Below, piece after piece: positions 49,501-57,470 of a DNA stretch of 64,000 nucleotides. The position numbers and the translations under genes were made by a program. The first letter of the stretch is position 1; the number at the start of each line of letters is the position of its first letter. This stretch comes from Candidatus Melainabacteria bacterium 17Bon1m (GTDB taxonomy: Bacteria; Cyanobacteriota; Vampirovibrionia; Obscuribacterales; Obscuribacteraceae), in the NCBI GenBank assembly GCA_032128875.1, contig JAVLKG010000004.1, positions 384,001 to 448,000 on the forward strand, read 5' to 3'. The notes under the pieces were generated by a model that did not search any database, was not told where the DNA came from, and saw only the letters and a list, made by a program, of their open reading frames with translations.

Positions 49501-50990
49501 AAAAGGGCAGAGCGCCGAAGTCGACATACTCGTTCAAGCACGCGTTGCTGGAAGATGCTCTCTATAACGCCATGGTGAAGAGTAAGCGCCAGCAGTCTCA
49601 CGCTCGCATAGCGCAGGTTTTGGAGACAAGATTTCCGCAAGTGGTGGCAACCCAGCCAGAACTCCTCGCGCACCACTTTACCGAAGGTGGTCTGACTGAA
49701 CGCTCTTTGAACTACTGGCTAGCTGCGGGGTTGAGAGCTCAAGAGCAGTGCGCGAATTTCGAAGCTATCAATCACCTCACCAAAGGACTGAGCCTTTTAG
49801 AGACCTGTGTTGAATCAGAAGAGCGCGATGAAATCGAGCTGATGATGCTTACTCCGCTTGGTGCAATTTATCAGGCGGCACTTGGCTATGCTGCAGAAGA
49901 AGTTGGTGCGACATTCGCGCGCGCAAAACAGCTTTGCAGGCGCGTGGGTGAGACGCCTCAACTGTTTTCTATTATGTGGGGAAACTGGAGCTGGCATCTA
50001 GTACGTGGCGAGCTACCTCTCGCGTTAGAACTGGCAGAAGATATGGTGACTTTCGCAGAGAATGTGCCTGATATCGGGATCATGATGGAAGCATACGTCG
50101 CACCTGCATGCACGCTCTTTTATCTGGGTGACTTTGATGGATGTCGCAATTGGTGCCTTGAAGCAATCGACAAACACGAAAACCAAGAGCATTGCCGCAT
50201 CTGGTCTACGATGACAGGGCAGAATTCAGCCTTGCATATTCGAACTTATTTGATGCTCGCACTTTATCATCTTGGGTATTCTGACAAAGCACTGAAGTTG
50301 CACGAAGAGTTGATTGCTATGGCGCGTGAAATTGGGCACCCTTTCAGCCTTGCGCACGCTTTGCATTTTAGTGGATGGTTACTCCTGAATTGCCGTAAGG
50401 CGGAATCGCTCTACGCCTCCGGCAAGGAAGAACTGAGTATTGCTACGGAGCAGGGTTTTGCTCTCTGGGAATCAACCGGCACTTTCTTTATGGGCGCTGG
50501 ATTGTTTTTGCAAGGGAAATTGGAAGAAGCGATTCAGTTGATGGAAAAGGGCGTTCGGTCATTTAGATCAATAGGCTCGTTCTTAACTCTTCCCGGTCAG
50601 TTGGGTGTCTTGAGTGAAGTGTATTTGAGTGCAGGAATGCTCGACAAAGCTCGCATGGCACTTGACGAAGGTTTGGAGTTGGCGAAAGGAAATAGCGATA
50701 GAAGCCGGCTTGCGGATTTACAGCGCTTGAATGGTGAATTGACTCTGCTCGAAACGGGCGATACTGACGTGGCAGAGCAATGCTTCCATGATTCTGTCGA
50801 AACAGCCTGCAAACAGCAAAGCCGTATTATGGCTTTGCGTGCAACAACAAGTTTGGCTCGATTGTGGAAGCAGCAAGGAAAAGTAGATGAGGCAAAGAAA
50901 GCCCTTTCTACCATTTACAGTGCTTTTGAAGAAGGTTTTGACGCCGAAGATCTCCGCTGCGCTAAAGAGCTGTTGAATGAATTGAGCTAG
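46506..50990 (+). CDS. Ser/Thr kinase - class III cyclase-like - STAND ATPase - TPR protein
   Basis: GVGGMG, HRDIKPEN, DFG, APE; ERRQVTV..GIHTG; GEAGLGKS, EDLHWLD; YSFKHAL; C-terminal TPRs. Confidence 0.92.
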   Translation: MTMGITTCPSNIQLEELLGGQIRGPVAADLAEHIDACAACAQAVETLATNFSVSGKQPEPIEVVSDSSTNASVSAAKENPHAPRTLLSLANADETLFASAQEEDLLKFLLPPQQPDELGRLSHYRVLKILGVGGMGVVVQAEDTLLERSVALKAIKPEYMNDNNVRQRFLREARLMAALKSDHIVTIHQIGEDAGVCFIAMELLSGESLDYLIARVERPTLSESVRIVREVAQALDVAHSKGLIHRDIKPENIWLESPSGRVKLLDFGLARPQVVSVKLTTSGMIMGTPAYMAPEQARAEEVNERTDLFSLGCILYQLICGELPFGGETVWEILYALNEKDPKPVTDFWPGVPPALNELVMQLLQKNPADRPQTAAEVIARLLIIEGDLTDGDGPLLSVKKVQSPSSSIYQNNRPGATKTRTPQPSELQMSQMIQRDAERRQVTVLVCNCNLFESEEYFDQLDVEEQASVTQAFQSACAESVRRFDGTIIHCNDEGLLACFGFPLAYEDAAVRAANAALTLRELLNLIADELKQKHNLDLSPWLGIHTGLAIAQSKESGVSLVGEARNLAMRLKEVANPGQIVCSQTTHLLLRGKFDCANLGSHKFRSVAEPVDLFYVKSEIEGANSAEIASPVELSPLTGRDVEMSLLKDRWEQAKDGIGQVVTLTGEAGLGKSRLVHALKQLVYDDMDEPSPVSCPYTSDSLQQGKHSPIIEWRCSPHFQNSVFYPAVSYFGRLLNFGRDTSDEEAVKRLIEHLDCYGLAQPDVVPILTSLLNLPTGEKYPSLGLAPVRERQELFRVLKEWLHAYSEKQPVLFIIEDLHWLDATTLEFLGQFLAETAHSKILTLLTFRPEFHPAWPTMPHLTGVGLNRLTKKQVADLVKKKIGGSLPEGVVDQVYDRAGGVPLFIEEFTKMVQDSGMLDRANGAQFKSMISREIPATLQDLLMARLDNMEGDRELAQLVSAIGREFSFELLSAVSGLDDATLCANLAKLVQAEILFEKGRAPKSTYSFKHALLEDALYNAMVKSKRQQSHARIAQVLETRFPQVVATQPELLAHHFTEGGLTERSLNYWLAAGLRAQEQCANFEAINHLTKGLSLLETCVESEERDEIELMMLTPLGAIYQAALGYAAEEVGATFARAKQLCRRVGETPQLFSIMWGNWSWHLVRGELPLALELAEDMVTFAENVPDIGIMMEAYVAPACTLFYLGDFDGCRNWCLEAIDKHENQEHCRIWSTMTGQNSALHIRTYLMLALYHLGYSDKALKLHEELIAMAREIGHPFSLAHALHFSGWLLLNCRKAESLYASGKEELSIATEQGFALWESTGTFFMGAGLFLQGKLEEAIQLMEKGVRSFRSIGSFLTLPGQLGVLSEVYLSAGMLDKARMALDEGLELAKGNSDRSRLADLQRLNGELTLLETGDTDVAEQCFHDSVETACKQQSRIMALRATTSLARLWKQQGKVDEAKKALSTIYSAFEEGFDAEDLRCAKELLNELS

Positions 50991-53606
50991 TTAAATGCTG
51001 TGCATCTCTTCGAGCAGTTTCTTCTTGATCTTTGCCTTTGGCGGGTCGGCAAACTCGTGCGATCTTAGCTTGAATGTTCCGGCAACGGAACCGACGCGAT
51101 AGCAGAAGAAATTGCGTTGTTCTTGACCGACTACCCTGTCGATATTCAATTTCTCTTCGTCTGAGATAAGTTCGAAAGTGGGTGATGTATTCACCTGATT
51201 GAAGAAGTTGCCGATCGTGCGGTGTTTGATCTTTCGACCATCTACACGGAACATCTGTGGTCCAACCGTGTCGGCGTCTTTTTTCGCTAGTGCAAAGGCA
51301 AGCAATGTTCCAACGTTGATGATGATTTGGTTTCTGAAGTCCTCGGGCAAATGCTGAAGTGTTTTGCAACACCCTATGAATGCAATCTTGAACTTATCAG
51401 TCTCCTGTGTAAGAGCTTCGATTGTTTCTTTCTCAATGAAATTGTTCATCTCGTCGAGATAAATCGAGCATGGATTTTGCCTTTCTTCATCATCATCGGA
51501 TAGGCTCATTGCAGCTTGCTTGATTCCGGTCACAATAAGTGAACCGAGCAGGTTTGCATTCTGGTCTAGCTGTCCTTGCGGGATGCGAACCAAAAGTACT
51601 TGCTTGTGTTCGATAAGATCTTGCAATCTCAAATCACTGACTGGCTTCGTAAGAATCGGTCGTATGCGCGGATCACTAAGCATTGGTGTTACTCGGTTGA
51701 GAATCGGCTCAACCCAAGTGATCCACTGATCGGTTCTGGCAAGTTTCTTATACTGACCCCAAGAGTCGATCAAGGTTGCGTATTCGGTGCGTTCGTTTCG
51801 CTTACGTTCCACACCCTCTAAAAGGATGTCTCGGAAATCATTGTCTTGCAGCAGAGTCGGCAAATCGACCAGGGTCTTGTTGTTTGCCATTAGTAAGATA
51901 GCTGCATTGCGCAGAATGTTGGCGGTTTGCTGGCTCCACTGACTTTGCGAGCCCTGAGGCTCAGTGTAGATTGCTTTGAAGCCATGAACAATTGCAGAAG
52001 CAGCATCAATAAAATTGACGTTGTCTTGCGGTTCTAACGGGTTGTACGAAATAAAACCACCTTTGTAAGTCGGATCGATTATCATCACGCGTTTCGAAAG
52101 TTCGCTGCCTTTTGCATGCGCCGCAGTCCATTTCGAAACAAGTTCAGTTAGCTCTCCATCAGAGTCGATGACCACAACCGCTCTGTCGGCAGACTCGATA
52201 TCGTGGCAGACCATATTGGCGAGCAGCCGAGTTTTACCTTTGTCTGAGCCGCCCATCACAATCATGTGCGGATTGTCTGCGCGTGACTCTGGTGTCATAG
52301 CCATTGTTTTCGGCACCCATGGCTTCCAGATTCGCCACTCAGCGCGCGTACCAAGCGGAACCGAGCCGCGCCTAATTGGCTTAGCCCATTCACTGACCAT
52401 CTTATTGTGCTGAGACTTGTATTGCGAAGGAATGTACTCTTCCTTCGACATGCGGTTCAATTTTCCGTGCGGATTGAAAATCCAGAGCATGACAGTTGCT
52501 ATAAGAATTCCAATTCCGACCAGGACAGCAGCAAGTGTCATTAAACGATCGGATATTTCTTTCCTGGAAAGCCCGCTGTTTGGATCCAGGCATTGCAGGA
52601 AGTACGTCAGAATGTTGGTACTCGGCGGCGCATTGGTCCTAGGCGTTGTCGGAGGTTGTCCAAAACCACCTTGTCTCAGAACATCTTCGGAGATGGATTG
52701 GTCGGCAAACCATTTGCCTTCCACAGTCGCAATTTGTTGGCGCAGTTTGAAAACTTTTGCTCTGCTTGTGAAGGTTCCATTCAAATGATATTTGCCGAGC
52801 TGGTCTTTCTGAATTTGCGCGGAGTACAGCACTGGATAGCCATCTTTCAGACCATTGGTGTAAAACTGTTTTTCCAATCTAATTTCGTTTGGAGATACGA
52901 ATTGTCCTTGAATTCTCCATGACTTTCCATTGTTAGCGCTCAGGGCTGAAAGAGCGGTACCGTCTCTGTTGAGCATTAGGTCCCAATTGCTTCGGTCCAC
53001 TGACGAATTGGCGCAATGCACCTTGTACATGCCACCAACTTTTGGAGTATCGAAGGCGTTTAGGAGGTTGGGTAACACGGAACCGCCTTGCGCGGCTGGC
53101 TCAGGAGTATTGATGCGGGACGCCATTGTTCCAAGGAAAAAGCCGAATGCGATGAAGCACGTGCAAACGATAGCAGCAGCAATCGCGATTACTCTATTTT
53201 CTAAAGCACCAATTCTGGTGCTGCTGCGCCGAGCAATTGTGTTTGGACTCTGACTGTCTAGATTGTTACGGGAAATTCTCGCGTTCTTGGGAGCAGAATC
53301 ACTTGTTCTAGAACCAAGTAAGTCCGAAAGTGCGCTGGCTTCCTTGGTACCCTCATTAAGATTCAAACGCTGGCTGACCGGTGGTTCATTAAAAGCGAAC
53401 TCTTGCCTCGCTTGTGAGGGCGAGGTTGCGAAAAAGTCATTCGACTGCGGCGGGGCAGAGTTTTGACCGCTGGGTGCCGGCTTGGCGTTCGCAAGCATTG
53501 GCATTGACGTTGCGGCAAACTGGGATATGGGCGTTCTGCAATTCGCGCACAGGGTATCCTCGCTGCGAAGCAAGTTACCGCAGGTCTGACATATAAGGAT
53601 TTCCAA
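50991..53606 (-). CDS. VirD4/TraD-like coupling ATPase with N-terminal zinc ribbon and two TM segments
   Basis: PHMIVMGGSDKGKT, VVIDSDGEL, YNPL, IYLDEMNNF, LQHL, NVGTL. Confidence 0.8.
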   Translation of the reverse strand: MEILICQTCGNLLRSEDTLCANCRTPISQFAATSMPMLANAKPAPSGQNSAPPQSNDFFATSPSQARQEFAFNEPPVSQRLNLNEGTKEASALSDLLGSRTSDSAPKNARISRNNLDSQSPNTIARRSSTRIGALENRVIAIAAAIVCTCFIAFGFFLGTMASRINTPEPAAQGGSVLPNLLNAFDTPKVGGMYKVHCANSSVDRSNWDLMLNRDGTALSALSANNGKSWRIQGQFVSPNEIRLEKQFYTNGLKDGYPVLYSAQIQKDQLGKYHLNGTFTSRAKVFKLRQQIATVEGKWFADQSISEDVLRQGGFGQPPTTPRTNAPPSTNILTYFLQCLDPNSGLSRKEISDRLMTLAAVLVGIGILIATVMLWIFNPHGKLNRMSKEEYIPSQYKSQHNKMVSEWAKPIRRGSVPLGTRAEWRIWKPWVPKTMAMTPESRADNPHMIVMGGSDKGKTRLLANMVCHDIESADRAVVVIDSDGELTELVSKWTAAHAKGSELSKRVMIIDPTYKGGFISYNPLEPQDNVNFIDAASAIVHGFKAIYTEPQGSQSQWSQQTANILRNAAILLMANNKTLVDLPTLLQDNDFRDILLEGVERKRNERTEYATLIDSWGQYKKLARTDQWITWVEPILNRVTPMLSDPRIRPILTKPVSDLRLQDLIEHKQVLLVRIPQGQLDQNANLLGSLIVTGIKQAAMSLSDDDEERQNPCSIYLDEMNNFIEKETIEALTQETDKFKIAFIGCCKTLQHLPEDFRNQIIINVGTLLAFALAKKDADTVGPQMFRVDGRKIKHRTIGNFFNQVNTSPTFELISDEEKLNIDRVVGQEQRNFFCYRVGSVAGTFKLRSHEFADPPKAKIKKKLLEEMHSI

Positions 53607-53815
53607 CTGGCGTCTGCTCCTCTTACGATACCGGACCGTGAAGCATTACCTGGAGAGGGTTTTCGGCACTTGCCGCTAAATTTCTTCTTTGCTTAGTAAG
53701 TTTTCTGAACACGATTGTTTAGGCTCAAATCGTATGCCTGGAATTCGTTGTTGTCAAGAGCTTTCGCGCTGGAAAAGGTACTCTTTTGGGATTTCACAGG
53801 ATTTAGTAGGGATTT

Positions 53816-54883
53816 TTGGGCTCGATGCAGCAAAACAACAAGGAGGTGACTGGTCCTGCGTTTGCAGAGTACGATATCCCTGATTCAGGCTTTCTTCGGG
53901 GCAGAATGGCTCTAACTTGCTTGCCGCCTAAAAATACTTTGTATTCATCGCTCTTGGCGGTGGTTTTGGCTGCTGGTTTTGTCTTTTCATTCGCCGCTCA
54001 AGCTTATCGGCTTTCTGTTTTGAGCGATCCGCACCTTACTGTTTGGGCGTGGGAGCGCGATGAGGACTTGTCCTATATAGACCCGACTAAAGTAAGGGTT
54101 GCGTATTTTGCAGGAACCATTTATGTACGTGGTTCAAGTGTGAGATTTCGTCCTCGCACTCAGAAGTTGAAACTACCTAAAAACGCATTGGCATTTCCTG
54201 TTTTTAGAATTGAGAGTATTCGCACTAAGAACGTTTCGAACGAACCTCATTGTTCAAGTTTGAGGGAACAGGAGCGGGATGAAGGTTTAAATGTTCCCAG
54301 CGTTGAAGCTGCGAGTTTTGTGGCAAAGACAATCGCCGCGCGAACGGAGAAATTACAAGAGACCAATCTTCAACGGTGCGACGTTCAAGAGAGAAACATT
54401 CAACAGAGTAATTTTCAACAGCGCACTTTTCAAAAGAGAAACACACACAAACACAATTTCAGCAGCAACATAGTGCAAATCGATTTTGATGCTCTCGAAG
54501 ATGAGCGGCCGTTCTACACGGTGCTGCTCAAAAATCTACGAAAAGAACTTCCTACTGGCACGAAGCTTTCTATCACTTCGCTGGCGTCATGGCTACTTGC
54601 AGATAAGTGGATAGAGCGCGGAAGTGCAGACGAAGCGGTCGCGATGTTGTTTTCCATCGGACCCGGCAAGAATGAAGTACTTTCCGTCTTGAAGAAAAGA
54701 ATTCTCGATACCGGCTCCGACATTCCAGTTGCTATAGGAATCTCAGCAAGTGAAAATATGACCAACAAAGTTTTATTCGAATCGGGTGTCCAACGAAAAA
54801 CCGACAATCTGTACATTTTTAGTTCACGACCATGGACGGAGCAGCGCCTCCGTTCGATCACATGCGAGGCACTAGCGAAATGA
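53816..54883 (+). CDS. DUF3142-like protein
   Basis: WAWER.EDL, QIDFDA, LSITSLASW, DEAVAMLF; start uncertain. Confidence 0.75.
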   Translation: MGSMQQNNKEVTGPAFAEYDIPDSGFLRGRMALTCLPPKNTLYSSLLAVVLAAGFVFSFAAQAYRLSVLSDPHLTVWAWERDEDLSYIDPTKVRVAYFAGTIYVRGSSVRFRPRTQKLKLPKNALAFPVFRIESIRTKNVSNEPHCSSLREQERDEGLNVPSVEAASFVAKTIAARTEKLQETNLQRCDVQERNIQQSNFQQRTFQKRNTHKHNFSSNIVQIDFDALEDERPFYTVLLKNLRKELPTGTKLSITSLASWLLADKWIERGSADEAVAMLFSIGPGKNEVLSVLKKRILDTGSDIPVAIGISASENMTNKVLFESGVQRKTDNLYIFSSRPWTEQRLRSITCEALAK

Positions 54884-57333
54884 CGAGATTCACAAGAAGC
54901 TTGATTGCTACTTTGCTGTCTCTTTCCTTTATATCAATTCCGACACCGCCGGCGAAGGCGTGTGCGCCTGACCTCGCTTATGCAATTTTGATTAATGGTA
55001 ATCATCCGGATTTGCCGTTGAAGCTCTTTGCCGGTGGAAATATTGGCATCGTGCAGCCAGGATGGGCGAAGTCGTATTTGGTAGTAGCCTACCGTTTGCT
55101 TTCGGGAAAGCCGCTTTCGAAGTTAGAGCAAGACAGTGTTTTGAACCTCTGGCACGAGCGAATCAAGAATGGATCTCGATTTGACACCAGCATCTTTCAC
55201 GATCCAAAAGATGATTACATGGCACTTCGCTGCAAAGCGATTGGTGATACAAAGAAAAACACCGATGAGTTGAGTTGGAAGATGGACTCGTATGTGTACG
55301 AATTTTCCATATCTGATTCTTCTTTCCAGCTTGCGAAAGAGACACTCGCAAATATTCTGAAGAAATATCCGCCAAAGTCTCAACAAGTCAAAGACTGGGT
55401 AAAGGCACAGGACGGTATTTTTGGAATTGGAACGGCAAAAGTTATCATTCCCACCGCACTGCCAGCGTCCGCCGATGGGCTCCTGCAGGAAGCCCGAACT
55501 TACCAAATTGCGGCAGGAAATTTTTATAGTAAGCGATTTGAAAAGGCCGCTTCTCTATTTCAAACTCTGGCTGATAAACCGAATTCTAGTTTAAACAAAG
55601 TAGCATCGTATATGGTGCTGCGTTCGAAGTCTAATGAGATACTCCGCGGCAAGGGGACAGGCGATGCGGAGGCGGTGTCTGTACAAATACAAAAAGCTGC
55701 CGACAAGGCGACGAAGACGTCGGAGCGAGAGCAGATTCTCGATCTGCTGAGACCGATCTCCTACTTAAATCATTCCGCACCGGAAGTTGTGAAGCTGCTG
55801 GCGACTATGATCAGTGATGGATCTAGCAAGCGATTTGGCTCCGATGTTGGAGATCTGACTTTTCTTTTGGATGGAAACGCTCCTTTGTGCGGATTGGATG
55901 TGCAGGGACCGACAACCTCTCTGCCGAGTTCCACTGCAAGTTCAGTGAATTCCGCCGGCGCTGGCGATGGTTCCGCTTCAAGCTCAAACGAATCTGATTC
56001 CCCTCACCCAGCTCCCGATGTTTTGACAGCACATGATATTGCTGATTTCGTTTGTACTGTTCAGCGAACTAGCTTCCTAGACTGGTCGAACACAGACGAA
56101 GAAAGGAAGAAAGCAAGAGAAGAAGGACTGCGAGTGGCGAAACACGCTCGCGAAGTGTGGAGCAAGAAAAAGAATGATGTTTGGCTTGTTGCAGCTCTTT
56201 CTGGTTTGGGAGTGAGTTTGCAAGACGACAAAGAATTATACGACGCAGCTATAAAAACGCCTGCGAGTTCTCCTGCGTTTCTTACTTGCAGGTTCTATGT
56301 TGTTGATTCGTTGATTTCTCAAGGAAAGAGGGAGGAGGCGCGCAAACTTTTATCGCCTATATTGGCTGCCACTAATTTGCCGCCCAGCTCGCGAAATCTG
56401 TTTTCGATGCAGATGGCTGCCGCTAGTAGCTCTATCTCAGATTACTTGAAATATTCTGTTATCAACCCGCCTGAAATTTTGCAGTCGAACAACGATTTAG
56501 TCTCCAGCAAATTTTATAAGCTAGAGGCTGCGAATGTTTATCAAACAGAAGCACCTGGGCTTGATGAAGATTGCGCGCTTGATCTGAGCCGCAATGCTCC
56601 TATGTCCACCTGGATGAAATTTGCTCAAAGCCAGCCTGCAAGCTCTAAATTCAAGGCAGTTGCTGTGCGGTCTGCATGGACTCGTGCACAGCTTTTGCAG
56701 AAGGAGACCGATGCAGCAAAGCTTGAAAATGATCTTGCAGCAACCAATCCAACTCTTGCGGCTGCGGTAGCAAAAATCAAAAATGCGCCGGCTGGACCAG
56801 CAAGACAGTTTGCAGTTGCATGCCTGGTTCTGCGCAATTATGGAATGACACCTTATTTGCGTGGTGGTACAGAACGGCACGGTGAGCCTATTGGCGAGTT
56901 TGACTATTACAACAATAATTTCTGGGTGCCGCTGCCGGTTAATGAACCTAAAGGTGATGATGCGATTAGTTACGCGTACAACGACTTTGTTGGTTATGTC
57001 GGAGATGCCGAGGTCACAAGTAAAGTAAAAACCTATTTCCAGCCGGGTGTTTCGCGTTTGCTTTCTGAAGCCGAGAAGAAAGCTGCAGTCGCTGAGCGCG
57101 CGCTGATCCTGAAGAATCATCCGTCGCGCTTTTTTGGACAGACTGTTCTCGATTGGGCGAAAGCGCATCCTAAAGATCAAGATGTCCCAGAGATGCTTTA
57201 TCGCATTGTGAAACTACCAAAGTGGTCGGAGCAAACACCGGTTGGAAGCGAGTTTTCAAAGAAAGCATATTTTGCTTTGCACAAAGGCTATCCCGGCAAT
57301 CCATGGACGAAGAAAGCCGTTTGCTACTATTGA
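54880..57333 (+). CDS. Secreted alpha-solenoid protein coupled to the DUF3142-like gene
   Basis: ATGA overlap, leader ending AKA-CAP, YLVVAYR, C-terminal HPKD..PE.L...YP..PW....YY. Confidence 0.75.
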   Translation: MTRFTRSLIATLLSLSFISIPTPPAKACAPDLAYAILINGNHPDLPLKLFAGGNIGIVQPGWAKSYLVVAYRLLSGKPLSKLEQDSVLNLWHERIKNGSRFDTSIFHDPKDDYMALRCKAIGDTKKNTDELSWKMDSYVYEFSISDSSFQLAKETLANILKKYPPKSQQVKDWVKAQDGIFGIGTAKVIIPTALPASADGLLQEARTYQIAAGNFYSKRFEKAASLFQTLADKPNSSLNKVASYMVLRSKSNEILRGKGTGDAEAVSVQIQKAADKATKTSEREQILDLLRPISYLNHSAPEVVKLLATMISDGSSKRFGSDVGDLTFLLDGNAPLCGLDVQGPTTSLPSSTASSVNSAGAGDGSASSSNESDSPHPAPDVLTAHDIADFVCTVQRTSFLDWSNTDEERKKAREEGLRVAKHAREVWSKKKNDVWLVAALSGLGVSLQDDKELYDAAIKTPASSPAFLTCRFYVVDSLISQGKREEARKLLSPILAATNLPPSSRNLFSMQMAAASSSISDYLKYSVINPPEILQSNNDLVSSKFYKLEAANVYQTEAPGLDEDCALDLSRNAPMSTWMKFAQSQPASSKFKAVAVRSAWTRAQLLQKETDAAKLENDLAATNPTLAAAVAKIKNAPAGPARQFAVACLVLRNYGMTPYLRGGTERHGEPIGEFDYYNNNFWVPLPVNEPKGDDAISYAYNDFVGYVGDAEVTSKVKTYFQPGVSRLLSEAEKKAAVAERALILKNHPSRFFGQTVLDWAKAHPKDQDVPEMLYRIVKLPKWSEQTPVGSEFSKKAYFALHKGYPGNPWTKKAVCYY

Positions 57334-57342
57334 GCGAACGGA

Positions 57343-57431
57343 CGGAGCGCCGCCATCTTGGCGGCCTTCAGGAATTCAAAATTGAGTTTTCAAAATTTCG
57401 ATGCCGGCTAGAAGCTGACGCTCCGGCCTAT
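57343..57431 (-). repeat. REP/REPIN-like element copy 2
   Basis: CGGAGCGCCGCCATCTTGGCGGC...CGATGCCGGCT...CGCTCCGGCCTAT. Confidence 0.75.
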
Positions 57432-57470
57432 TACGACTTTGGTTTCCTATGTTTGGTTTCCTATGATTAG

